A stretch of DNA of 63,752 nucleotides, the filler included. It is 4 parts of 4 records of this genome, joined end to end, with 100 filler letters (N's around TTAATTAATTAA, not from the genome) between each part and the next. Parts side by side here need not be neighbours in the genome. Positions count along the whole stretch, not along the records: positions 1 to 19,846 come from SRR22947727_861; positions 19,947 to 26,631 come from SRR22947727_863; 2 more parts are not named here. One strand, 5' to 3'. Both the position numbers and the translations under genes were made by a program. Under the pieces are notes generated by a model. That model saw only the letters and a list, made by a program, of their open reading frames with translations, was not told the DNA's origin and ran no database searches. Positions 11,019 through 21,657 of the stretch are shown here, in pieces. Numbering within the stretch: the first letter of the stretch is position 1; each line of letters starts with the position of its first letter.

Positions 11019-11920
11019 GGGCGCGTCGGCACCAAGATCACTTCGACTCGCCGATTGATCTCGCGGCCCTCTGGCGCGGCGTTGCTGGCCAAGGGTGAGA
11101 AATATCCGATCCCTTCACAACCCACCCGTGTTGGCGAAATCTGAGGAAATTGATCGAGCAACATTTTCCGCACCGCCTCGGCTCTTTGTTTGGACAGATC
11201 AAGATTGGCCTCATGTGATCCGCTGGAATCTGTGTGACCTACGAGAGCGATGGATTGATCTCTGTGGCGTATCAGATAGGCACCGAGTGCCTGTAGCGAG
11301 GCGAAACTCGCCTTGTCCAACCGTGCCGATCCCGCGTCGAAAGTGAGATCTGCAAGCACATAACGCCCGGTGGCGATGAGATCTGTCTCCAAGACGCCGC
11401 TGGCTGATGTCAGCGATGCCGAAGACAGCTCAATCGGCGGTGCGTCCGCCGGTCTGACCTGGGTGAGTTGCACATGGGTTTGACCCAAAGAACGGCTGAT
11501 CAATAGCCATAGGCCCTGGGTGCCGTCCTTTAGTCCAGATAAAAAGACATAGTCGCCAAGATCCACAAACATGTGCGGGGGAGGCACGACCGGCAGGGTA
11601 AAGCGGAAATCATAACCGCCGCAGGTTTGATCTGCGCATTGCAAGGCCAAGTCATAGCCCTGTGCGTCCAGTTGTGGCCAAATTGCAGCCGCCACCGCAT
11701 CGGGTTTTCGGATCTCGCTGGACTGAAATGTGGTTTTTGTGACCTGCCCTGTGAGGGTGACGCTGGGCACCTCGGAGCCATTCCAAACGCCGGTGGGTAC
11801 ATTCAGGGTCGCCAAGCTCTGCTCAGTTTGGCTGCTTTGCACCAGACCGATGGGCATGTCCAGCTCAAGTGCTTGAGCTGGACATGGAAGGAGCAGCAAG
11901 AGGGCGAAGCGGCGTAGCAT
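11015..11920 (-). CDS. OmpA family protein
   Basis: Signal peptide; VGHTD..G..EANLDLSKQRA and NRRVEV motifs of the OmpA C-terminal domain. Confidence 0.9.
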   Translation of the reverse strand: MLRRFALLLLLPCPAQALELDMPIGLVQSSQTEQSLATLNVPTGVWNGSEVPSVTLTGQVTKTTFQSSEIRKPDAVAAAIWPQLDAQGYDLALQCADQTCGGYDFRFTLPVVPPPHMFVDLGDYVFLSGLKDGTQGLWLLISRSLGQTHVQLTQVRPADAPPIELSSASLTSASGVLETDLIATGRYVLADLTFDAGSARLDKASFASLQALGAYLIRHRDQSIALVGHTDSSGSHEANLDLSKQRAEAVRKMLLDQFPQISPTRVGCEGIGYFSPLASNAAPEGREINRRVEVILVPTRP

Positions 11921-11927
11921 CTGGGTC

Positions 11928-12494
11928 CTAGCGGTGTTGTGCGTGGTACTGTGTATTTGGGCGCATATCGGTGGCGCTGGCAATCCGGTTGGTCATGTTA
12001 AAAAATCCCGCTACCGCTGAAATATCCCAAATATCGCGGTCCGAAAACCCCACAGCGCGCAGGGCGGCGCGGTCTGCTTCTTCTATGTGCTGGCTGCTTT
12101 CGGTCATTAGGGCCGTGAAATCAAGCATGGCTTTCTGCCGGGCATCCAAATTGGCGGTCCGGTAATTCATCACCAATTGCTCTCCCAAGATAGGATCTCC
12201 GGATAGGGCGCGGACCGCTGCCCCATGGGCGGTGAGGCAATAAAAGCATTTATTTATCGAGGACACGACCACGGCAATCATCTCCCGTTCCAGTTTCGAC
12301 AGGCCGCTGTCTGCCAACATGACATCATTGTAGAGCTTGGTGAACGCATTTAATTTATCGATGTCAAAAGCATAGGCTTGCAACACATTCGGCACCATGC
12401 CCAGCTTGTCTTGGCAGATGTCAAAATATTTTTGCGTGGCTTCAGGTAACGGTGAAACCATGGGCAGGTCCAAAGCGGTGGGAGAAGAGGTCAT
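11928..12494 (-). CDS. Peroxidase-related enzyme (AhpD/CMD family)
   Basis: EREMIAVVVSSINKCFYCLTAHG (ExxxxxVSxxNxCxYCxxxH); FFNMTNR. Confidence 0.92.
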   Translation of the reverse strand: MTSSPTALDLPMVSPLPEATQKYFDICQDKLGMVPNVLQAYAFDIDKLNAFTKLYNDVMLADSGLSKLEREMIAVVVSSINKCFYCLTAHGAAVRALSGDPILGEQLVMNYRTANLDARQKAMLDFTALMTESSQHIEEADRAALRAVGFSDRDIWDISAVAGFFNMTNRIASATDMRPNTQYHAQHR

Positions 12495-13216
12495 GCTGTG
12501 TCCTTTATGCGGTAATGATAATGCCCGACGGGACGCATTCCCAAAGAGCTGTAAAGACCATTGGCGGCTTGATTGTCGCGGGTGGTCATCAGGGCCATGT
12601 ATTTTGCTCCGTGATCTTCCGCCCATTTTGCAGCCTGTGCCATCAGTTTTTTTGCCACGCCCCTGCGGCGGTAGGATGGCAGGACCTCAACCGCATGCAG
12701 CATTGCAATCTCGCCATCAAGCGCCAGAAATCCCACCCCGGCGGGCGTGTCTCCGCTGCGGGCTAGCAGGGCGGTCTTTGGCGTCTGCACCCGGTGCATC
12801 AGAGCGATGCGCGGTTCCTGAATGCCGCCCGCGGCCCAAATCTCACGCATGATATGCAAGGGCTCCCAAATGCAATAGCTTTGCGCCCGAGGCAGGGACG
12901 CGGGCCGCAGATGCGCGGTCTCACAAAGATAAAGGGTCACCGGGTCGATGATCTCATAGCCGCGGGCTGCAAGTGATGCGTCGAGGGCTTCATCGCCGTC
13001 GCGGATCATAAACAGATGCTCTTGCCCCTGCGCCGTTAGGGTGGCTTCGATCCAATCAATATCGGGCAGTTCTTTTTGGGCCAATGTGACAGCTGACACA
13101 CGTTTTCCACCACCCGCCCCATCGCGAATCTCCCAGCCGGCCTCTTGGCGGGTCCTGCGCGCGGGCCAAGTGGTGTTTGTGGCTTGATACAATCGCTGAG
13201 CAGAGGGCAGGGTCAT
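12491..13216 (-). CDS. GNAT family N-acetyltransferase
   Basis: VEVLPSYRRRGVAKKLM acetyl-CoA motif; NQAANGLYSSLG. Confidence 0.9.
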   Translation of the reverse strand: MTLPSAQRLYQATNTTWPARRTRQEAGWEIRDGAGGGKRVSAVTLAQKELPDIDWIEATLTAQGQEHLFMIRDGDEALDASLAARGYEIIDPVTLYLCETAHLRPASLPRAQSYCIWEPLHIMREIWAAGGIQEPRIALMHRVQTPKTALLARSGDTPAGVGFLALDGEIAMLHAVEVLPSYRRRGVAKKLMAQAAKWAEDHGAKYMALMTTRDNQAANGLYSSLGMRPVGHYHYRIKDTA

Positions 13217-13935
13217 TGCGGAAATTCGCCCTTTAATGCTGTCATTGCTTTTTGCAGCTGGCTGTCATCTGTGCCGCGCATGACGATATTCGCGCCAAAT
13301 AGCCCGTCTTTTTGGAATGGATAGCAGCCGATGGACAACTGCGGGAAAGCAGCGGCCAAGGCGCCAAGCGGTGCGGCGATATCCCCCTCGCCGCGATCGA
13401 CCCGATAGGTGACACTGAGCAATGGCTTGCCTCCGGTGAGGCTGGGAAGGATGCTGGCGAGCATGGCCTGAAAAATTGAGGGCACCCCCGCCATCACATG
13501 CACATTTCGCAACGTAAAACCGGGCGCTTTGCTCACCGGATTGTCGATCAGGCACGCCCCGTCTGGGATCCGTGCCATGCGCAGACGTGCGTCATTGAGC
13601 TCTTGGCCATTGGCGTCATAATGGGCTTGCAGAATGGCGCGGGCATCGGCGCGCACGCCTATTGAGACGCCGAAGGCAGCGGCAATGCAATCGGCGGTGA
13701 TGTCATCATGCGTGGGGCCAATGCCGCCGCTGGTGAACACATGGGTATAGGCGGCGCTAAGGGCGCGCGTCGCATTCACAATCGCCTCTGGATCATCGCT
13801 CACAACACGCACTTCTTTGAGATCAATGCCCTGCCCGGTCAGTTGGCCGGCCAGATGATACATATTGGCATCGCGGGTCCGTCCAGACAAAATTTCATCG
13901 CCAATGACGAGCATCGCGGCTGTTGGATTTGGCAT
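13213..13935 (-). CDS. CinA-like molybdopterin-binding domain protein
   Basis: IGDEILSGRTRDAN, SGGIGPTHDDIT and MAGVP motifs. Confidence 0.92.
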   Translation of the reverse strand: MPNPTAAMLVIGDEILSGRTRDANMYHLAGQLTGQGIDLKEVRVVSDDPEAIVNATRALSAAYTHVFTSGGIGPTHDDITADCIAAAFGVSIGVRADARAILQAHYDANGQELNDARLRMARIPDGACLIDNPVSKAPGFTLRNVHVMAGVPSIFQAMLASILPSLTGGKPLLSVTYRVDRGEGDIAAPLGALAAAFPQLSIGCYPFQKDGLFGANIVMRGTDDSQLQKAMTALKGEFPQ

Positions 13936-13980
13936 TGGGCATCCTTGCGTTCGAATATCTGTTAGGTATAGGCCTGCTCT

Positions 13981-14703
13981 ATGCGCTTTCAAACCCCTCT
14001 TGTGCCAGGTCGGCTGATCAAACGTTATAAACGCTTTTTAGCCGACGTAATTTTGGATGATGGTCGGCAGGTGACCGCTCATTGTGCCAATCCTGGCGCC
14101 ATGATTGGCCTCAAGGAACCGGGCCTGCGTGTTTGGCTTGAGCCCAATGATGATCCCAAGAAAAAGCTCAAATTTGGCTGGCGGGTGGCGCAACTGGACA
14201 CCGGTGCATGGGTTGGGCTTGACACAAGCTTGCCGAATAAAATCATTCATGAGGCCCTGCGCGACCAAAAAATCGCGGAACTTGCAGAGTATGACACCAT
14301 CCGGCCCGAGCAGAAATATGGGGCAAACTCGCGAGTGGATTTCTTGCTCAGCGCGCCAGCTTTGCCGGAGGCCTATGTTGAGGTGAAGAATGTGCATCTT
14401 TGGCGCAGCGGAGATTGGGCTGAGTTTCCCGATACCGTCACGGCGCGCGGGCTAAAACATTTGGGCGTTCTGGGCGATATGGCGGAGGCGGGCCATCGTG
14501 CGGTGCTGATCTACTGTGTTCAGCACACGGGCTGCGCTCGGTTCCGCCTGGCGGAAGATTTGGATCCAGCCTACGCGGAGGCGTGCAAACGCGCCCTGCA
14601 GCGTGGGGTTGAGATGCTGTGCTACAGCTGCGCGGTGAGCCATGAGCAAATCACTCTTGAGCGGGCGTTACCGCTTGATTTGCCCGCGCCGGGGCAGGGG
14701 TGA
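13981..14703 (+). CDS. sfsA: DNA/RNA nuclease SfsA
   Basis: RYKRFLADV, AHCANPGAM, YVEVKNV and FPDTVTARGLKHL motifs. Confidence 0.95.
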   Translation: MRFQTPLVPGRLIKRYKRFLADVILDDGRQVTAHCANPGAMIGLKEPGLRVWLEPNDDPKKKLKFGWRVAQLDTGAWVGLDTSLPNKIIHEALRDQKIAELAEYDTIRPEQKYGANSRVDFLLSAPALPEAYVEVKNVHLWRSGDWAEFPDTVTARGLKHLGVLGDMAEAGHRAVLIYCVQHTGCARFRLAEDLDPAYAEACKRALQRGVEMLCYSCAVSHEQITLERALPLDLPAPGQG

Positions 14704-14779
14704 ATTTTTCCTGTCATGGTCTGGCCGAGTGATTGGCCTTGGCCTATACAGGATGAAGATTTGATTTAGGAGCATTCAC

Positions 14780-15589
14780 GTGACCTCAGCCCGTGGACGA
14801 CTGACCAAAGATGGTATCCGAATTTATGAGCCCGGTGACTTTGCGGGCATGAAAAAGGCTGGCCGCGTCGCAGCGACCATTTTGGACGACATCATCCCCT
14901 ATATCACCGTTGGACAAATCACGGGCGAGATTGACCGGGTCATCACCGATATGGTGACGGCGCATGGGGCGATCTCGGCCACGATTGGCTATAAGGGCTA
15001 TTTGCACGCCAGCTGTATTTCGGTCAATCATGTGGTCTGCCATGGAATTCCCGGGGACAAGCGCATCAAAGATGGCGATATTCTCAACATTGATGTGACC
15101 GTGATCGTCGATGGTTGGTATGGGGACACCAGCCGGATGTATGTGGCTGGAAAACTGCCGCGCAAATCCGAACGGTTAATCCAAGTGACCCATGACGCTT
15201 TGTTCAAAGGGATTGAGGCGGTCAAACCTGGCAATACCTTTGGCGATATCGGTCATGCCATTCAAACCTATGTGGAAGCCCATCGCATGAGCGTGGTCAA
15301 AGACTTCTGTGGTCACGGCTTGGGGCAAGTGTTTCATGCGCCGCCCAATGTCTTGCATTATGGCCGTGCCGGCACGGGTCCTGTTTTGGAAGAGGGCATG
15401 TTCTTTACCATTGAGCCGATGGTCAATCTCGGACGGCCCGAAACGAAGGTTCTGGCTGATGAGTGGACCGCTGTGACCCGTGACAAATCGCTCTCTGCGC
15501 AATTTGAGCATTCGGTGGGTGTGACGGAGAAGGGCGTGGAAATTTTTACCCTGTCGCCAAAGGGTCTTTTTCACCCAACTTACGGCTAG
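14780..15589 (+). CDS. map: Type I methionyl aminopeptidase
   Basis: CISVNHVVCHGIP, DVTVIVDGWYGDTSR, GHGLG, FTIEPM and SAQFEH motifs; AGGAG RBS with GTG start. Confidence 0.97.
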   Translation: MTSARGRLTKDGIRIYEPGDFAGMKKAGRVAATILDDIIPYITVGQITGEIDRVITDMVTAHGAISATIGYKGYLHASCISVNHVVCHGIPGDKRIKDGDILNIDVTVIVDGWYGDTSRMYVAGKLPRKSERLIQVTHDALFKGIEAVKPGNTFGDIGHAIQTYVEAHRMSVVKDFCGHGLGQVFHAPPNVLHYGRAGTGPVLEEGMFFTIEPMVNLGRPETKVLADEWTAVTRDKSLSAQFEHSVGVTEKGVEIFTLSPKGLFHPTYG

Positions 15590-15620
15590 GTCTACATAGG
15601 GGTTATCCCCTATGTAGACC
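15589..15620. terminator. Perfect 14-bp hairpin between convergent map and DEAD-box genes
   Basis: GGTCTACATAGGGG-TTAT-CCCCTATGTAGACC; no clear U-tract. Confidence 0.6.
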
Positions 15621-15642
15621 AGATATGTGAGAGATCAGCGCC

Positions 15643-17178
15643 CTAGGCTTGTGGGCGTCTTGGTTTTGCGTTGCCGCCCATGTTTGGCTTGCCGCCGCGC
15701 CCCTTTGGTTTACCGGCGAATTTGGCGCGCGAAGGAGCGCGGTCCGGGCGGGCACCATTGCCAACGGGTCCCTGCGCCTGGTCAGACGCCTGTCCTTTTG
15801 ATTTGCGGCCTTTGGGCTTGGGCGCCTCTAGGGCCGGTCCGTCATTGGTTGGGTCCCAGCGCCCTTCGAGCGCTGGCTTGGCTTCAACGCGTGCCGTATG
15901 GGCCTTTGGGGCGCTGCCGCGACCGCCGCGCGGCTGCTCTTTGCCCCAATTGTCGTTATTCCGCCGGCCACCGCCAGCGCCGCCACCGCCGCCGCCACGT
16001 CCGCTGGGTTGTTTGCGCTTCGGTTTGCGGGTGTCGACGCCGGGCACAAGATCCCAACGCCGACCGGAGGCAATTGGGATTTCCATTTTCAACACTTTTT
16101 CAACATCCTTCAATTCACCCATCTCATCGGGTGCCACAAAGGCAATCGCGCGGCCATCGCGTCCGGCGCGCGCGGTGCGGCCAATGCGATGCACATAATT
16201 CTCTGGCACATTGGGCAGATCGTAATTGTAGACGAACCGCACATCAGGAATGTCGAGACCTCGGGCTGCAACATCAGTGGCAACCAAAACTTTGATCGTC
16301 CCGCCCCGCAGCGCATCAATGGCGCGCTGTCTTTGGCCTTGGGATTTGTTGCCATGGACCGAATCGGTGGCATAGCCCGCTTTGCTCAAGGTCTTCATCA
16401 GACGCTCAGAGCCGTGTTTGGTCCGGGCAAAGACGATGGCCGCATCGCCGCGGTGTTCTGCGAGTTTCTCAATCAAGAAATCGGTCTTGGCAGCCCCGGC
16501 CACGAAATGCACCTCTTGGGTGATTTTGTCAGCCACCTCGCCTGGACGAGAGACCGCCACGCGTTCGGGGTTTTTCAGATAGGTTGCGGCCAATTCGTTC
16601 ATATGTTTCGGCATTGTCGCCGAGAACAACATGGTTTGGCGCTCGGCCGCCAGTAAAGGCGCGATCTGGCGCAGGGCATGTATGAAACCAAGATCAAGCA
16701 TTTGATCGGCCTCATCCAAGATCAAAAATTGGGTCTCGGACAGATCAACGGCCTTGCGCTCGATCAGGTCAATGAGACGGCCGGGGGTGGCTATCAACAA
16801 ATCTGTGCCTCGGGCCAGACGGTTGACCTGAGCGCTGATCGACATGCCGCCAACAACCAGGCCAACTTTGATATGCGTGCCCTGCGAATAGGCTGTGAGA
16901 TTGTCTTTGATTTGCCCAGCCAGTTCCCGCGTAGGCGCTAGAATCAAACCGCGCACGGTCTTTGGCGCTGGTTTTTTGCCAACTTTCAGCAGATGATTCA
17001 TGATCGGCAATCCAAAGGCGGCGGTTTTGCCGGTCCCAGTTTGAGCCAACCCCATCACGTCACGCCCAGCAAGAGCATGTGGGATGGCTTGGATTTGGAT
17101 TGGAGTTGGATCAACAATGCCTTGTTCTTTGAGTTGTTCCACAAGGCGGGGCATCAGGCCCAGTTCTTCAAACGTCAT
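15643..17178 (-). CDS. DEAD-box RNA helicase (RhlE-like)
   Basis: AQTGTGKT, PTRELA, TPGRL, DEAD, SAT, ARGLD and HRIGRTAR motifs; G/R/K-rich tail. Confidence 0.96.
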   Translation of the reverse strand: MTFEELGLMPRLVEQLKEQGIVDPTPIQIQAIPHALAGRDVMGLAQTGTGKTAAFGLPIMNHLLKVGKKPAPKTVRGLILAPTRELAGQIKDNLTAYSQGTHIKVGLVVGGMSISAQVNRLARGTDLLIATPGRLIDLIERKAVDLSETQFLILDEADQMLDLGFIHALRQIAPLLAAERQTMLFSATMPKHMNELAATYLKNPERVAVSRPGEVADKITQEVHFVAGAAKTDFLIEKLAEHRGDAAIVFARTKHGSERLMKTLSKAGYATDSVHGNKSQGQRQRAIDALRGGTIKVLVATDVAARGLDIPDVRFVYNYDLPNVPENYVHRIGRTARAGRDGRAIAFVAPDEMGELKDVEKVLKMEIPIASGRRWDLVPGVDTRKPKRKQPSGRGGGGGGAGGGRRNNDNWGKEQPRGGRGSAPKAHTARVEAKPALEGRWDPTNDGPALEAPKPKGRKSKGQASDQAQGPVGNGARPDRAPSRAKFAGKPKGRGGKPNMGGNAKPRRPQA

Positions 17179-17405
17179 AATTTATCCCTTGCGCCAGACG
17201 GCGCAGTTGTAGCGGATCACTTCGATCATTTGGGCGGGATTGCCCTTTGACTGTAACACGCACCCCTAAGGACAGCCCCTAGGGTCGGTTAGGTCAAAGT
17301 GCTGCAGGTGCAGTCATAATTGCCAACCGGACAGGGCCGCAGCTAGGCGCTCATGGGAAGGAAGTCAATCCCGCAGCTGATGTGATCGTCACCCAAGGGC
17401 ACGCC

Positions 17406-17975
17406 CTAGCGCTCATCGCTTTCGGCGGGCGCTTGGATGGGTTGAAGAAATGTCATCGTCGTGCCGCCAAATTTCCGGCTGTCACGCAGCACAAATCCTT
17501 CGGGCGTCACGGCGCTGGCCTCTTCAAATATGACCAATGCATCGGCCGCGATCCAGCCCTGAGCCCAAGCGCTGCGCAAGGCCTGTTGCCCTAGGGATTT
17601 GCCATAGGGGGGGTCTAAAAATACCAAATCGCAGGGGGTGCCGGGCGGCAATTTTGTGGCGTCTTGGGCTAGGAGTTGACAGCGGTCTTGGGCGCGCATT
17701 CTTGCGATATTCTCGCCGATCAGCTTTTGCCCAACCCGGCCGTTCTCCACGAAAGTGACATGCTGGGCACCACGCGATAAGGCCTCTAAGCCGAGCGCGC
17801 CGGTCCCTGCGAAGAGATCTAGGACCCGAAGACCTTGGAAATCGATCCAATTGCGCAACACGTTAAACAATGTCTCGCGCACCCGGTCGGTGGTGGGGCG
17901 CAAATGCGCTGCGGGATCGCCCGCGCCAATCTCAGCCAAGCGCAAACCGCGGTTTTGACCGGCGATGATCCTCAT
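17406..17975 (-). CDS. rsmD: 16S rRNA (guanine966-N2)-methyltransferase
   Basis: MRIIAG, LRPTTDRVRETLFN, LDLFAGTGALGLEALSRGA and DPPY motifs. Confidence 0.95.
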   Translation of the reverse strand: MRIIAGQNRGLRLAEIGAGDPAAHLRPTTDRVRETLFNVLRNWIDFQGLRVLDLFAGTGALGLEALSRGAQHVTFVENGRVGQKLIGENIARMRAQDRCQLLAQDATKLPPGTPCDLVFLDPPYGKSLGQQALRSAWAQGWIAADALVIFEEASAVTPEGFVLRDSRKFGGTTMTFLQPIQAPAESDER

Positions 17976-19177
17976 CCGCGCAGCAGGGCTTTGAGGTCAC
18001 TGCTGGGATCCGCCGCAAGGGCGGGATCCACGGTTTTGCCCGCCTCAATCAGGCGTTTGGCCACCATATAGGCACGCGGATCATCCATCGCATCAACCGC
18101 CAACAATTGCCCGGCCTTATAATACCAATGCGAGCGTCCCGCGTCTCCCTTTCGTGCGACAACATTGTCGAACCCTTGATTGAGCCCGGCGATTTGCAAT
18201 TTTACGTCATATTGATCGGACCAAAACCACGGGGTGGCATGATATTCTTTTTTAGCGCCCAGCATATTTTCCGCCACCACCTCTGCTTGATCGATGGCAT
18301 TGGGCACGCTTTCCAAGCGAATGCGCCCGCCTTCGTAGGGGAAACTCGCACAATCGCCGGCAGCCCAAATTCTGGCCTCTGAGGTTTGACCCAGCGCATT
18401 GGTTTCAATGCCGTTATTGAGCGTGAGACCCGCGGCTTCGGCCAGCCCTGTATTGGGTTGGATACCGACGCCAACGAGGGCAAAGTCAATATCTAAGGTC
18501 TCGCCATTGCTTAAGATCGCGCCCGTGACTTGATCTGTTCCGGTCAAGCGGCTCAAGCCAACCCCTTCTAGGAGGGTCACCCCATGGCTTTGATGCAGAT
18601 CGCGGAAATAATCCGAGGTCTCCTTGCAGGCGACCCGCTGCAAAATGCGTTCTGCCATTTCAACCAATGTGACCTTCAGGCCGCGTTTTGCCGCCACGGC
18701 AGCGGCTTCGAGGCCAATATACCCGCCGCCAATAATCAACACATGGCCGCCGTGCTCAAACGCTGGACGCATGGCATCAACATCTGCCAGCCCGCGCACC
18801 GCAAAAACATTTTTCAATCCGCCGCCAATTGCCTCGGGCAGCAGGCGCGGCGTTGAGCCGGTGGTCAGCGCCAGCTGGTCATAGGCTAATGTTTCATGGC
18901 CCAGGGAAACCACCCCTGCGACCGGATCAATGGCGGTGACTTGCGCGGCGAGGCGCAGCTCAATATTCTGATCGCGGTATAGCTCTTCGGGCCGCAAATA
19001 GAGGCGCTCCAGCGCCATTTCTCCCAAAAGATAGGTTTTCGACAGGGGCGGGCGTTGATAGGGCGCATAGGGTTCCTCGCCGATCAAAGTGACCGCGCCC
19101 TCATATCCCAAGGTCCGCAACTTAATCGCGAGAGAGGATCCGGCTTGCCCCGCTCCAATAATAACAATTCCCGACAT
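17972..19177 (-). CDS. FAD/NAD(P)-dependent ferredoxin reductase-type oxidoreductase
   Basis: GAGQAG, PYQRPPLSK, GGGYIGLE, RLESVPNA and PWFWSDQY motifs. Confidence 0.93.
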   Translation of the reverse strand: MSGIVIIGAGQAGSSLAIKLRTLGYEGAVTLIGEEPYAPYQRPPLSKTYLLGEMALERLYLRPEELYRDQNIELRLAAQVTAIDPVAGVVSLGHETLAYDQLALTTGSTPRLLPEAIGGGLKNVFAVRGLADVDAMRPAFEHGGHVLIIGGGYIGLEAAAVAAKRGLKVTLVEMAERILQRVACKETSDYFRDLHQSHGVTLLEGVGLSRLTGTDQVTGAILSNGETLDIDFALVGVGIQPNTGLAEAAGLTLNNGIETNALGQTSEARIWAAGDCASFPYEGGRIRLESVPNAIDQAEVVAENMLGAKKEYHATPWFWSDQYDVKLQIAGLNQGFDNVVARKGDAGRSHWYYKAGQLLAVDAMDDPRAYMVAKRLIEAGKTVDPALAADPSSDLKALLRG

Positions 19178-19257
19178 TGCGCACGACCTCTGGTAAGTTG
19201 TTTCAAGTAACCTATAACTAAGGTCTCGTGATTTTCAACCGATGAAGGAATACCAAA

Positions 19258-19749
19258 ATGGCAATATCGCAAGGTGATAAACTGCCGGATGCAGTGCTGC
19301 GGCGGATGGGAGATAATGGGCCCGAAGAGATCACCATTGATGCATTGACCGCAGGCCGAAAAATTGTCTTGTTTGGCCTGCCGGGCGCCTTCACTCCGAC
19401 CTGTTCATCGGCGCATGTTCCATCTTTTATGCGCACAAAAGATGCTTTCCTCGAAAAAGGTATCGAAGAGATTATCTGTGTGTCCGTCAATGATGTGCAT
19501 ATCATGCGCCAATGGGGCGAGGTCACCGGGGCCACGGCTGCGGGTTTGAGCATGTGGGCAGATCCGGCCAGTGAATTTACCACCGCCATCGGCATGAATT
19601 TTGACGTGGAGGTGTTGGGTTTTTACGGTCGCTCGTCGCGTTATGCGATGATCGTGGAAAACGGTGTTGTGACACAGCTCAATCAGGAAACCGAGCGTGG
19701 GGTGTGTGATATCTCCGGCGGTGAGACGCTGTTGGAGAGTCTCGGCTAG
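19258..19749 (+). CDS. Peroxiredoxin (Prx5/type II)
   Basis: PGAFTPTCS peroxidatic motif; CVSVND and RSSRYAM. Confidence 0.93.
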   Translation: MAISQGDKLPDAVLRRMGDNGPEEITIDALTAGRKIVLFGLPGAFTPTCSSAHVPSFMRTKDAFLEKGIEEIICVSVNDVHIMRQWGEVTGATAAGLSMWADPASEFTTAIGMNFDVEVLGFYGRSSRYAMIVENGVVTQLNQETERGVCDISGGETLLESLG

Positions 19750-19846
19750 ATCCACTGAGGAAAGCCCTCTGCATAACGTCATTTCAACATAAAATGAGGG
19801 CAGTGCCTGCCCGGGTGGCAGGCAGGCGCAGCCCGGTGTTGCCACC

Positions 19847-19946
19847 NNNNNNNNNNNNNNNNNNNNNNNNNNNNNNNNNNNNNNNNNNNNTTAATTAATT
19901 AANNNNNNNNNNNNNNNNNNNNNNNNNNNNNNNNNNNNNNNNNNNN
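19847..19946. other. Artificial contig linker
   Basis: 44 N + TTAATTAATTAA (stops in all frames) + 44 N. Confidence 0.99.
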
Positions 19947-19999
19947 TGGATGGATGGATGGACGGATGGATGGATGAGTGAGTGGCTGAGTGAGAGAGT
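19947..19999. repeat. (TGGA)n/(TGAG)n microsatellite, probably intronic
   Basis: tggatggatggatggacggatggatggatgagtgagtggctgagtgagagag at the contig end; follows a GTATGT donor on the minus strand. Confidence 0.85.
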
Positions 20000-20013
20000 G
20001 ACCAATAACATAC

Positions 20014-20372
20014 AAACGAGTGCTGTCCGTGTGATCTGTGAATTCCCACGCTACGATTCCGACTTCCCCCCACACGCTCCGCTCGACCCGTACCGTATTG
20101 GTCATCGCCACAGTGGTTGCAAACCAGGAGCACGGGTCCGCCATAGGCAAACCTAGCAGTGACCGCCGCGGCTTTTTCTTCGACATCTGTCGATACTTTG
20201 AAAACTTCCGCCCGTCGACTCGTATGTTCCAGCGAGGAATGTCCTTGAGCGACTCGCTGCCCTCTTTCCGGCCCATCGCCTTGTTGATGGCGTCGGCCTG
20301 CAGGACGTCATCGAAGGCCTTTGACGACATCGTCGATTCTATGCCCCCCGAAGCCCCGCGTAGACGATTCAT
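20014..20372 (-). CDS. Probable first exon of an algal hypothetical gene (partial)
   Basis: Open frame from ATG 20372 to a GTATGT splice donor (20013-20008), followed by the microsatellite. Confidence 0.4.
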
Positions 20373-20438
20373 ATCGCCCGTTCAATCAAACAAACACCGG
20401 GTCTCAACGTGAACGTGGCCCCATTTTTTTAAAACTGC

Positions 20439-21257
20439 ATGGTCGTTCCTTTCTCTTTCAGTTTACCAGGACGGTCCACGTCCCTGGATACGCACCGTCG
20501 GATCATACCACGAGCAATGTTATGCCACGTCGAAGCGTCGTCCTTTGCAAGCCTGGCTGAACTCAAACATGCGGTCCGGGAACCAGCGTACATCTTCTTC
20601 ACCCACACCCTTTGCCCGTATGCTGAGCGCGCTTGGCTGGCATTCGAGGAGCTTCCGCAGACGTCAGCAGCCCTCGTCCACGTCGACCTCTCTAACAAGC
20701 CCCCCTGGTTCCGAGAGGTCTCCCCTCGGGGCCTCGTCCCCACCGTCCTGCACGACGGCAAGGTCCACATCGAGTCCATGGATATCTTGCAGTGGCTACT
20801 TGGCGACACTGTGCGGTCTCCGTCGAGCATATCTGAATGCATTGGCATCTGTCTCGACGCTTGCGGCGGAAACGCGGGATCGTGGCGTGTGGGAAGCAGC
20901 ATCAGCCAGCAGCAGGTGGACGCGCTGGAACGAGCGCTGGATAGGATTCTGACACCCGACATGCGGCTTGTCGAGAAGCTAGCTATCTACCCATTTTTGT
21001 ACCGGACCATGGTTGTCTTGAAGGTGGCATACGGTGTGGACATTGGTTCTCTGTGCAACGGAAAGGTTGGCACGTGGATGGAGGAGATGATGGGTCGGCA
21101 CAGTTGTACGGTTACCTCCGCGAACCCTGACCGCTTTGGGAAGGCGATGAAGGACGATGGGCTTGACTTCTTCGACTACCGGACGACGGCAATGTTCGAG
21201 TTCCATGATAAAGGTGATGATGGTGATCAAGGTGATGGTCACCGTCATCCCCGGTAG
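20439..21257 (+). CDS. Glutathione S-transferase family protein (Cys-type active site), possible plastid transit peptide
   Basis: LCPYAERAW, VDLSNKPPWF..VSPRGLVP and ESMDI motifs of GST-N; S/R-rich N-terminus. Confidence 0.8.
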   Translation: MVVPFSFSLPGRSTSLDTHRRIIPRAMLCHVEASSFASLAELKHAVREPAYIFFTHTLCPYAERAWLAFEELPQTSAALVHVDLSNKPPWFREVSPRGLVPTVLHDGKVHIESMDILQWLLGDTVRSPSSISECIGICLDACGGNAGSWRVGSSISQQQVDALERALDRILTPDMRLVEKLAIYPFLYRTMVVLKVAYGVDIGSLCNGKVGTWMEEMMGRHSCTVTSANPDRFGKAMKDDGLDFFDYRTTAMFEFHDKGDDGDQGDGHRHPR

Positions 21258-21657
21258 CTGGTTCCTCAGTCCGCCTTCCGAGTCGCCCACTTGGTCGCGG
21301 AGTCTCCTCGCTACTACGGTATTCAATTTTCAATAATTTTCATACGTTGACCCAATCTGCTTGCACGTCGCTGAGTCCGCGAGGAATCCAGCGCACGGGG
21401 GCGTTGCACTCTTCGAAGAGGGATTGGCAGTGTAGTAGAGCGACGTCGGCGCGCTGTCGTGCGCCCTTGTTTGTCTTGGAGGGTATCAATTGTCGTATTT
21501 GCCACGGACGGTACTGAGACGAGAGACAGCAAGTGGTGCCGGAGGCAGGCGCAAGCTTTCCGGATCCGCGAAAGGATAACACGCGTGGCAACCTGTCCGT
21601 GAGACACTGGCGTTGGCCGATTGATAGTTACCAAGGGAAAATAAAGAAACGCGGGCG

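Noticed and set aside
17180-17400. Structured leader or riboswitch upstream of the DEAD-box helicase
   Set aside because: Only weak short repeats (cccctaag/cccctagg); no recognisable RNA family.
19804-19846. GC-rich hairpin TGCCTGCC-CGGGT-GGCAGGCA at the contig end as a REP or IS end
   Set aside because: Single truncated copy; cannot be distinguished from a terminator of the peroxiredoxin gene.
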